From a virus (Duplodnaviria > Caudoviricetes), in IMG/VR virus record IMGVR_UViG_2851188095_000001, positions 2,846 to 66,845 of that record: DNA of 64,000 bases; one strand, given 5' to 3'. Under the pieces are notes generated by a model. The model saw nothing but the letters and a program-made list of their open reading frames with translations. It was not told the origin of the DNA and made no database searches. Positions 37,995 through 47,693 of this stretch are shown here, one piece after another. Positions within the stretch are counted from its first letter, which is position 1, and the number at the start of each line of letters is the position of its first letter. The position numbers were made by a program, and so were the translations under genes.

Positions 37995-38530
37995 TCCGCC
38001 TCCTCAACGTCAATCAAATTTTCGCGAACCAACCACGCCAGAACTATTGCAGCCGCATCGCTTTCATCATCGGTCGCGAACGGATAGTCCGTCGCCAGCC
38101 CGAGCAATCTCCGAACGCCCGTCGCCACTTCCGGCTTCTTCGCACTCCCATCGCCCGTCACCGTTTTCTTTACGTTCGATGGAGTTAGGTTCGCGGTAAC
38201 TGCGTAACCGTAACGGGTGAGTGCGCGATCCACCGCTGACCAACTCCCGTGAATCTTATCGTTCATTTTGTAATCGCGCGACGGCGGCCATATCTCGCGC
38301 ACCACGCCAGCGAACGGTCCCGCCCGTAATTGTTCGCGGATGAATAGGAGCGCAACCGACTCGATAATTTCGTAGCGTAACGTTTGGTTCTCGGACGCGT
38401 CCGTCTTGGCGTGAGTGACCGCGATCAGGCGTGGCTTACGGTTTGATACGCCGATTACCGCGAATCCGGGATTTAGCGACAGGTCGAGTCCGAGATATAA
38501 CGTAGGCGGGTCCGGTTTCTTACGTGCTAT
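37991..38530 (-). CDS. RuvC-like Holliday junction resolvase, probable ATA start
   Basis: YLGLDLSLNPGFAV upstream of track start; PSNVKKTVTG.G.AKK; DDESDA; GGAGGTG before ATA. Confidence 0.82.
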   Translation of the reverse strand: MARKKPDPPTLYLGLDLSLNPGFAVIGVSNRKPRLIAVTHAKTDASENQTLRYEIIESVALLFIREQLRAGPFAGVVREIWPPSRDYKMNDKIHGSWSAVDRALTRYGYAVTANLTPSNVKKTVTGDGSAKKPEVATGVRRLLGLATDYPFATDDESDAAAIVLAWLVRENLIDVEEAE

Positions 38531-38798
38531 GGGCGGACACCTCCGTTACCTTGCGTAGCGTGTACGTCGTGTTCTGCGTAACGAACTTGATAATCTCCGT
38601 CTGCTCATGGAGCGATCCGTCTGCAATCGAGGCGACGCGCGACGTAATCATTGCCTTATCGTAATCTTCCGCATGAACGAGGACCGCTCGAATGCCTTCG
38701 GAAATTACCGTTGGGATAAACCTGTTTCCGATACGTGCTGAATCAGCCTCCGTCATCGCGCCCGACTTTTCGATCTCAACGAGTTCATATACGGCCAA
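38520..38798 (-). CDS. Hypothetical protein
   Basis: RBS plus TTG start. Confidence 0.55.
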   Translation of the reverse strand: MAVYELVEIEKSGAMTEADSARIGNRFIPTVISEGIRAVLVHAEDYDKAMITSRVASIADGSLHEQTEIIKFVTQNTTYTLRKVTEVSAHST

Positions 38799-39386
38799 TT
38801 ACGCCACCTCCACAACTTTCGCGTTATATGGTACGAAATTCAGCGGACGTTCCGGAGAGCTCACGACAACATTACGGTAATCGATTCCGCGTGCCTCCGC
38901 TATTGGCGCAAGTTTACGGAATACTTCGATGGTTGCGAGCACATCATTCATCGCGCGATGGTGTCCGGTCAGGTCGATGTCGTGGCGGGCGCATACGTCC
39001 TTTAGCGATGCTGATTCAGTTGGCTCTACGAGTTTGGCGAGGGCGCGAGTGCAGACGAATGATTGCGGCTCCATTCCGAGTTTAGACAGGAACGCGAGAT
39101 CGAACGGAGCGTTGTGCGCTACAACTGTCGTTCCAGCGGCGAATTGCCCGAGTGAGTACACGGCTGGTTCGGAGATATTACCGCCTTTCAAATCCTCCGT
39201 AGTAATCCCGGTCAAGTTCGTAATAAACTCGGATAATTCGCGTCCTTTTTCGAGTCGCACGAACATTTGCATACGTCCGTACTCGCGCTCCAAGTCCGTG
39301 CTCACCGCGGCAATTTCGATAATTTGCTCCGTCTCATAATCGAGTCCGGTCGTTTCTAGGTCAATGAACGTATAGATTTCGCTCAC
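38799..39386 (-). CDS. DEDDh 3'-5' exonuclease (DnaQ-like)
   Basis: DLETTG, AHNAPFD, HRAMND. Confidence 0.92.
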   Translation of the reverse strand: MSEIYTFIDLETTGLDYETEQIIEIAAVSTDLEREYGRMQMFVRLEKGRELSEFITNLTGITTEDLKGGNISEPAVYSLGQFAAGTTVVAHNAPFDLAFLSKLGMEPQSFVCTRALAKLVEPTESASLKDVCARHDIDLTGHHRAMNDVLATIEVFRKLAPIAEARGIDYRNVVVSSPERPLNFVPYNAKVVEVA

Positions 39387-39601
39387 TATTCCGCCTCCCC
39401 TCGATATATCCCCGCATCCCGTTCGAGTGCCTTCGCTATGTCTACGATTGCGTCGTACGTTTCATCCGCGTCTATCGTATGGAGTTGTCCGGCGAGTTGG
39501 CGGAGGTCATCGGTGGCGACGCGGACGGATGCGTGGAGTTCGTCATACTTCGCTTCGATTTCGTCGGCGCGGTCGATGAATTCGGCTGATACCATTGGCA
39601 T
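39386..39601 (-). CDS. Hypothetical protein
   Basis: Coupled ORF. Confidence 0.5.
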   Translation of the reverse strand: MPMVSAEFIDRADEIEAKYDELHASVRVATDDLRQLAGQLHTIDADETYDAIVDIAKALERDAGIYRGEAE

Positions 39602-39608
39602 TACGTGG

Positions 39609-39914
39609 TCACTCCTCTAGCTTCGATTCGTCGTACGCATCGTACGTGATGATCGCTGGACAACGTTGAATCTTTCCATTCTTGAAATACTTCCGCCACA
39701 GGTCGCCAGCCTCTTCGCCTTCTCCGCGCAATTCGAACAGTACTTCAGGAAACTCGCGAGACATCCGCAGCATGTCGTCTTCGTGGTTGTACCATTTGCA
39801 GGAATCGCCGTCCTCGTCGAGTGCCCAACTCAAGTTGTCGTCTGCTTCGATGTATTTGCGCACCTTCTCAGAGTCCGGAGTAATCTTGATGCTGTAATTC
39901 GTGTAGTAACCCAT
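39609..39914 (-). CDS. Phage hypothetical protein
   Basis: MGYYT, KWY..DM..S..FP, GEGEE..DLW. Confidence 0.7.
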   Translation of the reverse strand: MGYYTNYSIKITPDSEKVRKYIEADDNLSWALDEDGDSCKWYNHEDDMLRMSREFPEVLFELRGEGEEAGDLWRKYFKNGKIQRCPAIITYDAYDESKLEE

Positions 39915-40969
39915 TACGCTGTCACCTCCGCAATTTGATCGAGATACGCACGCAAGCTTCGGTGGTCCCGTTTACCTGCGAGAGTTGACCGCGCCATCCG
40001 TGATTCCACCGTTTGCAGCTCCGCCAGATTCTCCGCGCTGAGTGACGCGTGACAATGTCCGCCAAAGTACGGGCAGAATCCGCACTTGGTCGTCATGTCT
40101 GCGGTCACGCCCGGCTTCTCTCCTTCGTAAACTAGTCGGGCCTGTCGCGCCAAATCACGCAATAGCGCCTGCTGCATCTCGTCCGTAATGTAGAAGTAGA
40201 ACGGACGGATATCGGGGATCGGCGTACCATCGCGCCACGTCTTCGCACCTTTCGTTACGCTCGCGTTATCCTCGTCCGAGAACCATGCGGGCTTTTGCGT
40301 TGATTCGTAGAGCAGGATGCCCTCGCGGATTCCGAATACGAGCGACTCGGCGGTAACTTGGCGGAGGTGATCCGCCTGAGGTCCAGTGTAGTCAAGTTTC
40401 GAGTTCATGGCGCGAATACCGGACGCCTTCGTTTTGTATTCGAAGAGCATCGTCTTGCTTTCCGGGAGGTAGTCGAGCAGTCCGTCAGGTTTCGCAGTGA
40501 TTGCGAATTTTACGCCGTCATATTCGAATACCCTACGGTTTTGGGCGGCATCTTCGAACATCCACTCGTACGAACTCGTTTCGGGATTCGGGACGTTCAC
40601 AACTTCAAACTTCGCCGCATCTCCGAGCCGTTTCCGCATGTGTACGAGGTCAAGCTGAACATATTCGATAATCGCGCTACCCTGGCGGCGTTGGCGGCCT
40701 CGGAACGGTAAGTCATCGGACTTTTGCGGCTTCACCTTTTGATTGCGGAAGAATACTTCGAGATCGCATTTGTCCGTTCCCGACGCACCGAACGTTACGA
40801 GTCCGTCATTGGGATACGGCGTAAACGTCAGGTGGCGGAGTTTCTGTTCGTAGAATTTCCGTGCGATTGCGTTGTCGTGAAAGCCGGACGCAGGTGAAGC
40901 GTAATAAGCGTCGAGCTGTTCCGTAAACTCACGTTCGATCTTACGGGCACGTTCCGTTATTGTTGCGAT
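39914..40969 (-). CDS. PD-(D/E)XK (Cas4/RecB-like) exonuclease, probable ATC start
   Basis: KPDG, FEYKT, Q motif, C-terminal CGFCPY..C; frame open 78 codons upstream of track start. Confidence 0.78.
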   Translation of the reverse strand: MATITERARKIEREFTEQLDAYYASPASGFHDNAIARKFYEQKLRHLTFTPYPNDGLVTFGASGTDKCDLEVFFRNQKVKPQKSDDLPFRGRQRRQGSAIIEYVQLDLVHMRKRLGDAAKFEVVNVPNPETSSYEWMFEDAAQNRRVFEYDGVKFAITAKPDGLLDYLPESKTMLFEYKTKASGIRAMNSKLDYTGPQADHLRQVTAESLVFGIREGILLYESTQKPAWFSDEDNASVTKGAKTWRDGTPIPDIRPFYFYITDEMQQALLRDLARQARLVYEGEKPGVTADMTTKCGFCPYFGGHCHASLSAENLAELQTVESRMARSTLAGKRDHRSLRAYLDQIAEVTA

Positions 40970-41283
40970 AAGGCATCGTCCTCCTTTTTAATTACGCGGT
41001 ATTCTTCGAGAAACACCTCACGGTCAATTCCGAGATTTCTGAGAACGAATGCTAGTAACTCGCTATCTGATACGATCGTCCCGTTGCAATGATCACATTC
41101 CGGGAGGGCTTCTCCGTACCAGCGGGATCGTTCGTCGCTCTCATCTAGCAGACCGTATTTTTCAACGAACTCGTCGTAACAGCCTCCGCAATAGGTTTGT
41201 TCGCAGTTGGCGCAAGTACCACAACGACCGCAGTCCGGGTATGTTTCGCCACAATGCGAGCAAGCGTACCAATCAACGCCCAT
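40957..41283 (-). CDS. Cys-rich Zn-binding protein
   Basis: Multiple CxxC pairs. Confidence 0.65.
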   Translation of the reverse strand: MGVDWYACSHCGETYPDCGRCGTCANCEQTYCGGCYDEFVEKYGLLDESDERSRWYGEALPECDHCNGTIVSDSELLAFVLRNLGIDREVFLEEYRVIKKEDDALSQQ

Positions 41284-42360
41284 CTATTCGTCCTCCTTCG
41301 TTTTTGGCCGTCCATTTTCGAAATCCCATTCGTCCGGTTTGTGCTCATCCATCCAACGTTCCATGATCACGATGTCCGTCACCAACGGAACCGATAGCGA
41401 GACTGTCCGTGTCATCACGTCATTTACGAGTTCGATCGTATCTGGCGTGAGTTGATAGCGCGGCACCGATATGAGCAGTTCGTCGTGGATTGACGCGTTC
41501 ATTTCCCATCCGCGCTCTTTACAAATCCGCGCCATACGGTTTCCGTTCATCTTGAGGATATCCGCACCAGTTCCTTGGATGACCGCGTTAAATGCAGCGC
41601 GTTCCCAATATCCGACGAGTCCGGCTGTATCGCGTAGTACGTCAATTTCCGTTTGGATTTCGGTCAGTCTGCGTTGGTCTGCGTCCGATTTCCGGTCCTT
41701 CGCGTTCAGTCGTTTGCGTTCCGTATACAACCGAATCCGCCGCTGTTCGCTCTTTGCGGCTTCCGCAGCCACTCGCTTGTAATCCGGGAATCGGCGCTTC
41801 CGTCCGTAAAGCGTCTCAACGTAGCCCGTACGTTTCATTCCTTCGCGAATATCCGTTACCATGCGTTTGAAGGACGGGAACGATTCGTTAAACTGGCGAA
41901 AGAACATTTCCGCAATCTCGTCAGTCACGTTCATTTTCTTCGCGAACGACTTCGGAGACTGGTCGTAGGACACTGCGAGCACGCCCGTTTTCATCATAGA
42001 ACGCGGCTTGAACGTGGCTGTTGGATCATACGCACCGTCTATGCAATACTCGCGAGGTAAATTGAACGTCATCTCTGCCATTGTTTCGTAGTATCCAGTG
42101 TTCTCGATGAAAATCTGACGCATAGAGTTATCGCCGTATTTGGCGTACATGATGTGTGATTGGATACGCGGTTCGATTTGTCCGAGGTCAGCGCCTATAA
42201 ATACATACCCTTCTCGAGGTACAAAGCTCATGCGAACGCGGTTACCCTCACCTTTAGCCGGAATGTTCTGTAGGTTCGTTCCCTTCTTTGCTTTTGTATC
42301 ATCTGCGACCAACTTCCGTACAATCGCGTGATAGTTGTCGTCCGTGATCGTCAGTGTCAC
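41284..42360 (-). CDS. Family A DNA polymerase, C-terminal part
   Basis: NLQNIP, ADLGQIEPR (motif A), R..MKTGVLAVSY (B), NAVIQGTGAD, IHDEL (C). Confidence 0.92.
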   Translation of the reverse strand: MTLTITDDNYHAIVRKLVADDTKAKKGTNLQNIPAKGEGNRVRMSFVPREGYVFIGADLGQIEPRIQSHIMYAKYGDNSMRQIFIENTGYYETMAEMTFNLPREYCIDGAYDPTATFKPRSMMKTGVLAVSYDQSPKSFAKKMNVTDEIAEMFFRQFNESFPSFKRMVTDIREGMKRTGYVETLYGRKRRFPDYKRVAAEAAKSEQRRIRLYTERKRLNAKDRKSDADQRRLTEIQTEIDVLRDTAGLVGYWERAAFNAVIQGTGADILKMNGNRMARICKERGWEMNASIHDELLISVPRYQLTPDTIELVNDVMTRTVSLSVPLVTDIVIMERWMDEHKPDEWDFENGRPKTKEDE

Positions 42361-44141
42361 GCGACCACCTCCGTTTTGAACTCGTCCAGAATATCGACTG
42401 GTCGTCCGTTATAGCTTGAACTACTATACCGTCCTGTCGCGGTCCCTCCCGCCTTGAACTCCGAGTGCAGACGCCCATCCGGTTCCAGCGCATTAGGTAT
42501 CTTCGTCACGTACGTATTGAGTAATTTCTCGTACGCGGCTACGGTCGCCAACGGCTTGAGCGCTTCCTCTTCTTCGTAATACATATCGAGTACATCCGCA
42601 GCCGTCGAGCGCTTCTTTCCGCGTTGAACGAGGTGCGTCCGGTCTTTTACGCCCAGGTAGTCGTAGATGAGATACGCGATATGACTCGGGTTCGTCAACG
42701 AAAACTCTCCGTCATCTACAAATATCGGCGCGTGTTCTTCGTCTGCTGGCGCAAGTTTCTCCGCAAGTAATGTGTTGAGACGCACCTCTGCTTGTTGGTA
42801 CTTTTTCGTCTCCGGCTTGCTCGACGTCATCGTTTCGCGTTGCTTGCGTATAGACTCGTCACGCTTCGCAATCTTCTTCCGTTGCGTCTCGATCCAATCC
42901 GCAACCTTCTTCGCGTTGATCGTCCGGTCCATCTTGCGAATAAACTCCGAATCGATTCCGTACGCTTCGAACAGTTTGCGCTTGGCTTGCGCCAGTTTAT
43001 CGTTGAACTCCGTTTCTAGCGCCTTCATTCCGTCAAGATCGATTTCGAATCCGCAACGCACCATAAACACGTCTGTTTCCGGTAACTTCGAGTCAATCTC
43101 CGCGTAACATTGGAGCAGTCGGTTCGTTTTCGTCATCGTTTCGAACTGCCACTCGAACAGTTTCCATCCGTACAAGACGTCCTTAATCGCGTAGATTCCG
43201 ACCAGTTCCGTATTGAACGGTGCGGGCGATCTAGGCCCAAATAGGTCTTCAAAGGTGTAAATAGGTCCTTCAATCCCGAACCAACGCCCGTACTTCGCGG
43301 TCAACGGTTTCAAACCGTACGCTTCCTCGTGCTCGTTCATCAGCCGCATGGCGTCGAGCGTATCCCACACACAACCGCCGATTGTGTATCCGTCGTTTTC
43401 CGCGACATGTAGGTCATACCGCGCGCTTCCCATATGGAACGTCTTACCGTGCTCAGGTCGCGATAAGTACGGTTTGATTGCCGCCAGCACTTTCGAACGT
43501 GTGAGCTGTGGATCGCCTGTCTTGTACGCGTAATGATCCGGAATACCCTCGAATCCACGCACTTCCCGCATGTCTACGTGTCCGTACGGAAGGTAGTAGC
43601 CTTCGTTCAGTATCGGCAGCCACACGCTGAATCCGATTGAGAGGTCGAGGTACGAGTCTACGCCCGTTCCCTCGAAGTCTCCCGCCGTCATCGACTCGAC
43701 GCCCAGGATGCGGAAGCGATCGCGCCATTCCGTACGCTGACGCCTCACTTCTTCGCGTATCCGTTCAACAAACGCTGGCAATTGCGTATCGTCCGTCAGA
43801 ATGTAGAAGTTATCCGGTTTGGTCGCGACTACTTCACGAATCCGTTGCTCGCGGAGAGCCTCGCCATGTTGGCGCATGACGGCGGCTCCCATCGCAAGCA
43901 CGCTTGATTTCGTCAGCTTTCCGTTCGGGAGACCGCCTATCTCTCCCGAATCGTAAGCCTTGCGTGCGGCTTCGTATAGCTCGCGTTCCTTATCCGTAAA
44001 CTTCATCACGCCAATCCGTTCCCACGCCTGCTCGACCGTCTCAGCCGCCTTCTTCCACTCAACCGCCGCCTCGACTCGTTCGCGCTGGGCTTCGGACTCG
44101 ACCGTTGGGGAACGGAGGTTTAAACGGAGGGTTACGCTCAC
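42357..44141 (-). CDS. Family A DNA polymerase, N-terminal part (3'-5' exonuclease, thumb)
   Basis: DFEGTG, RYDL, YAIKD, DGRLH..F..GGTATGRYSSS. Confidence 0.9.
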   Translation of the reverse strand: MSVTLRLNLRSPTVESEAQRERVEAAVEWKKAAETVEQAWERIGVMKFTDKERELYEAARKAYDSGEIGGLPNGKLTKSSVLAMGAAVMRQHGEALREQRIREVVATKPDNFYILTDDTQLPAFVERIREEVRRQRTEWRDRFRILGVESMTAGDFEGTGVDSYLDLSIGFSVWLPILNEGYYLPYGHVDMREVRGFEGIPDHYAYKTGDPQLTRSKVLAAIKPYLSRPEHGKTFHMGSARYDLHVAENDGYTIGGCVWDTLDAMRLMNEHEEAYGLKPLTAKYGRWFGIEGPIYTFEDLFGPRSPAPFNTELVGIYAIKDVLYGWKLFEWQFETMTKTNRLLQCYAEIDSKLPETDVFMVRCGFEIDLDGMKALETEFNDKLAQAKRKLFEAYGIDSEFIRKMDRTINAKKVADWIETQRKKIAKRDESIRKQRETMTSSKPETKKYQQAEVRLNTLLAEKLAPADEEHAPIFVDDGEFSLTNPSHIAYLIYDYLGVKDRTHLVQRGKKRSTAADVLDMYYEEEEALKPLATVAAYEKLLNTYVTKIPNALEPDGRLHSEFKAGGTATGRYSSSSYNGRPVDILDEFKTEVVA

Positions 44142-45208
44142 GCTGCGTCACCGCCACGGAGGTTAACGATGGATTCTACGGGTGCGACGAGCTCGAGTTG
44201 GCAGGTCCCCACATAATTTCCACGCGTTGCTCCACGAGCCCCAAATCGGAAAGTTCCATCGCTGTCTGCTTCGTATAGAACACCGATATCCCCCACTGCA
44301 ATGCCGCCAAATATGTCCCCAGCCGGTCCGTTTTCGTTAATCAGACGCGCTACGTCACCGACCTTAAACTCGCTCACCTTGCGTCCGATTGCGGCCCATT
44401 TTGCGGTTTCTTCCGCTTGTTTGCGTTGCTCCTCAAGTTTACGTTTTGCCTCCGCAACCTCTTCGTCGGTGGCGCGAGTCAGTTCATACTCGAAGAAATA
44501 GTCGCCTCCGATCCGACTACCGTCTAAATACTCGCAACGGATACGGTTGGCTCCGTAATTAACGATATCGTAAATTTTCACTAGGTCGCCCGATTTAAAT
44601 GAGTGCGAGCCTGATTTCGTAACCTTCGCATAATCCCCGACCTTCAACCGCTGCACTTCCGCCTCCACACGCTTAACCTCCGCCAGTAGCGCCTCCATCT
44701 CGGCAACTTTCGCTTTGGTTGCGGCGAGTTCCGATTCGAGCGCAGACAGGGACGGCGCGATCGGTTCGAGTACGTAGACGTCGTTGTACTCAATCGGGCT
44801 AGTACGCTCATCTCCGTCATCATCGGCGAACATAAAATCTCCGTCATCGTCTCGTCCAAGTGCGTAAACCTTTCCGGACGTGAGGTCGCACGTAAATCTC
44901 GCCATCTTCGGGATAATAAACGCATCCCCTTCGCGAACAGGACGGTCGACCTTGCGGTATTGCGCGCCGTTGTGAACGACGGTGTCGGCGGACGTGACCG
45001 GTTCCAGGACGATGTATTCGCGGTGGAGGATGCCGACATCGACTCTCTCGACGTGCACACCGACGTCATCCGACTTAGTGACGCTAAGTACATCCCCGTT
45101 TTTATACCGTCCCCGCGCACTTACTGCGTTCACGACCTTAATCTTCTCGCCAACTTCCGCCTTACGCTTAACCTCGTCATACTGAACTCCGCCAATTGTC
45201 GTCATCAT
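44138..45208 (-). CDS. Hypothetical protein with repeated small beta domains
   Basis: Repeated K/R..VG(D/E) and Y.VLEP units, coiled-coil linkers. Confidence 0.7.
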   Translation of the reverse strand: MMTTIGGVQYDEVKRKAEVGEKIKVVNAVSARGRYKNGDVLSVTKSDDVGVHVERVDVGILHREYIVLEPVTSADTVVHNGAQYRKVDRPVREGDAFIIPKMARFTCDLTSGKVYALGRDDDGDFMFADDDGDERTSPIEYNDVYVLEPIAPSLSALESELAATKAKVAEMEALLAEVKRVEAEVQRLKVGDYAKVTKSGSHSFKSGDLVKIYDIVNYGANRIRCEYLDGSRIGGDYFFEYELTRATDEEVAEAKRKLEEQRKQAEETAKWAAIGRKVSEFKVGDVARLINENGPAGDIFGGIAVGDIGVLYEADSDGTFRFGARGATRGNYVGTCQLELVAPVESIVNLRGGDAA

Positions 45209-45211
45209 ATA

Positions 45212-45634
45212 CTAAACCGCCTCCATCATCGTAAATTTATCGTTATTCCCACGCATTCCCACCGTAAGCTTCCGCCACTTCCCGTCAATCGCGCCAGCAG
45301 ACGCCCAATACTCAGTCTGACCCGTACACTCAACGAGATAGCACGCGTCATCGAGCACGCCAATCATATAGTCGATATCGTCCGGTCCGTAAACCTCGCC
45401 GCTGTTGCGCGTTCCGTTGAGAACGTAGTAGCCGCCGCCATCTCCGCCCTTGTCCGCACGGAATCGGAGGGATTTCACTTGAAAAGTCCGCCAAACTCCG
45501 GTAGCTGGCTCTTTCGCGACCAAATCGTACACTTCCGCCGCGACCGGATCGGCCACCTCGTAACCTGCCGCAAGTAGCGCGGTCATGGCGACGAGTTCCG
45601 CGTGGGTTCCGATGTTATTCGTGTGATTCGCCAT
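45212..45634 (-). CDS. PD-(D/E)XK endonuclease (group I intron-associated family-like)
   Basis: G..AE...LL..GYEV.DP....YDLV...QVK. Confidence 0.7.
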   Translation of the reverse strand: MANHTNNIGTHAELVAMTALLAAGYEVADPVAAEVYDLVAKEPATGVWRTFQVKSLRFRADKGGDGGGYYVLNGTRNSGEVYGPDDIDYMIGVLDDACYLVECTGQTEYWASAGAIDGKWRKLTVGMRGNNDKFTMMEAV

Positions 45635-45654
45635 CCGTCCGCCTCCCTTCGTTA

Positions 45655-46455
45655 TTAAAACGGCAAGTCTTCGTCGCTGATTTCGATAGGCGCGCCGCTA
45701 GGTTCGGATGCGTCCGGAGTGGTTCCGTTGGCTTGCGCTCCAGCACCGAGTGTGAGACCGAGGATTCCGATATCGAATCCGGCGACTACGAGATTCTTGA
45801 CTTGCTCGGTTTCGTCCGCCACGTACAAGCACGATTCGAACGAACTCATATCGAATGGGGCCGCAGACAGTTTTGCGTAGTTCTTGCGTTCATCATCCGT
45901 TAAGTCCTCGTCTTGATCGATAATCGGAGATAACGCGACGACTGCGTTTGTGCCTGCGCCCGTCTTCGTCAACTCGAACGCGATCGTATCGAGCTTCTTC
46001 TCGTACTTCTTGATGACGGCCTTAAGCGTAGACTCCTGTTTAGGCGAAAGATCGATTACGATATCCTTTCCGCTTGTGAGGTCGAAGAAGGCGCGGAGGA
46101 AACGCGGCTTACCCCGATACAGATACGCTTCATCCGTGATCTTCTTAACCGCGTCCTCCGAAGCGCCCGCCTTTTTCGCTGCGTCCGCCTCTGCGTAAAA
46201 GTGTTCGGCTGCGCGGTCCCATACGGTCGGATTTCCGGTAATAAACCCTTTCGCGTTACGTTGCGCTGGATTCTTCGGTACGAACGTGTTCACCTTTTTG
46301 TACACGCTATAACCGTAATATTCCGCCACGTTCGTGATCGACTTGACTCCGACTCTAAGCGTGGTTCCGCTTTTAAACGATACAATCGGACTTTCCGTAC
46401 CGCCACCATTTGTTGTTGCGGAGTTTACCGCGTCTTCGCCCATTTTCGTGAACAT
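45655..46455 (-). CDS. Single-stranded DNA-binding protein
   Basis: Acidic tail EISDEDLPF; FELTKTGAG; replication context. Confidence 0.7.
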   Translation of the reverse strand: MFTKMGEDAVNSATTNGGGTESPIVSFKSGTTLRVGVKSITNVAEYYGYSVYKKVNTFVPKNPAQRNAKGFITGNPTVWDRAAEHFYAEADAAKKAGASEDAVKKITDEAYLYRGKPRFLRAFFDLTSGKDIVIDLSPKQESTLKAVIKKYEKKLDTIAFELTKTGAGTNAVVALSPIIDQDEDLTDDERKNYAKLSAAPFDMSSFESCLYVADETEQVKNLVVAGFDIGILGLTLGAGAQANGTTPDASEPSGAPIEISDEDLPF

Positions 46456-46599
46456 ACTCAATCCACATCGCTCCCCGTACGTTTTATTTCGGACACCGGA
46501 TGTTCCCGCGTCCGCGACGAACCAGTAACGTAGTATTGCACGCCACCGATCCGTTGCCGACGCGAGAGGACGAATCCATCTCGCTCTCCGCACGCGAAT

Positions 46600-47394
46600 C
46601 TAAATCGCGATTAATGCGGTTGCTACGTGTTTCTTTTGCTCGACCAAAATCGCTAGCTCTGCGTTAATTTCGTTCAAATGCGTATCGAGCGCGTTGATTC
46701 TCGCTTGCAACGCCATCCTTTTCGCGATACTCCGCGTAGATACTAACGCCAACACACGTTCAGCACGTTCGTATTCTAACGCAGCTTTTTGCAGAGGGAG
46801 CGTTTTGTTGACGGCGTTAATCTTCCGCTCAAGTTTACGCATCTCTTTCGCTACAACATCGCGCACTTTGTCCGAGACGATCGGCGGAAACTTTTTCGTG
46901 TTATAGAAAACGGTCCGGATTGTCTTGCGGTCAGTATCAATGCCAATTGCGATTCCTTCCGTAGCATATACGTGCCCCTCGTTCGTGAGACTCCGTATGT
47001 CCTCAACGACTACGCTCGACTCGCGGTACCGATCGTAAATCCATTGCGCAGCTCGTTCGCGAGGAACTCCGAATCGTTCAACAGCGCGGTCGATCGCGTG
47101 CTTGCGGATTTTGATTCCGTCAATTACGACGTTCCCGCCGCTATCGTTCGTACTCTGCGCTCGATTCGCATCTACTTGCGTAATCTCCGCGCGTTTTACA
47201 CGTACAATCTTCGTTCGCTCTCCAGGTCGCTCTGTATAGAAAAGATAATTATCGTACTGGTACGCATTGCTTGACACGCGCGTAGCCTGACGAACTCGCG
47301 TATTTATCCAGGAGTGTGCTCGCGTTGGATCGATCCCAGTTAGGGCGATGACGTCCGTCTGAGCTTGTGGAGTTATGCGGAGCTTATCGTTCAT
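46600..47394 (-). CDS. Hypothetical protein (HAxxRxxER domain, coiled coil)
   Basis: IRKHAIDRAVERFG. Confidence 0.65.
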   Translation of the reverse strand: MNDKLRITPQAQTDVIALTGIDPTRAHSWINTRVRQATRVSSNAYQYDNYLFYTERPGERTKIVRVKRAEITQVDANRAQSTNDSGGNVVIDGIKIRKHAIDRAVERFGVPRERAAQWIYDRYRESSVVVEDIRSLTNEGHVYATEGIAIGIDTDRKTIRTVFYNTKKFPPIVSDKVRDVVAKEMRKLERKINAVNKTLPLQKAALEYERAERVLALVSTRSIAKRMALQARINALDTHLNEINAELAILVEQKKHVATALIAI

Positions 47395-47693
47395 GCGATG
47401 CGCACCCCTTTCAGCGTGATACCGCGCGGGTAGTAGTCCGCAGGGTCTTCGTATGGTCGCGTGCTTCCTTCGTATGTAATCGTGGTGTTGGCGAAAATCT
47501 GCGAAACCTTACCGTTTTTATTGCGTATAGAATTATGAGGCATCCGAATATTCCTCCCTTTTATTTCGTACACATGAATTAAGTGGAAAAAGTTAATCTA
47601 ATGTTGGTAGACGAGAATCAATTTCATGGGCTATAATGAGACATAATTGAGTTCGGGCTAAAAAACACACGCCTAATTGTTTTTTCCCGAATG

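Noticed and set aside
42270-42450. Intein or intron in DNA polymerase
   Set aside because: Intervening segment only about 140 nt; no C/S...HN splice motifs or group I core elements
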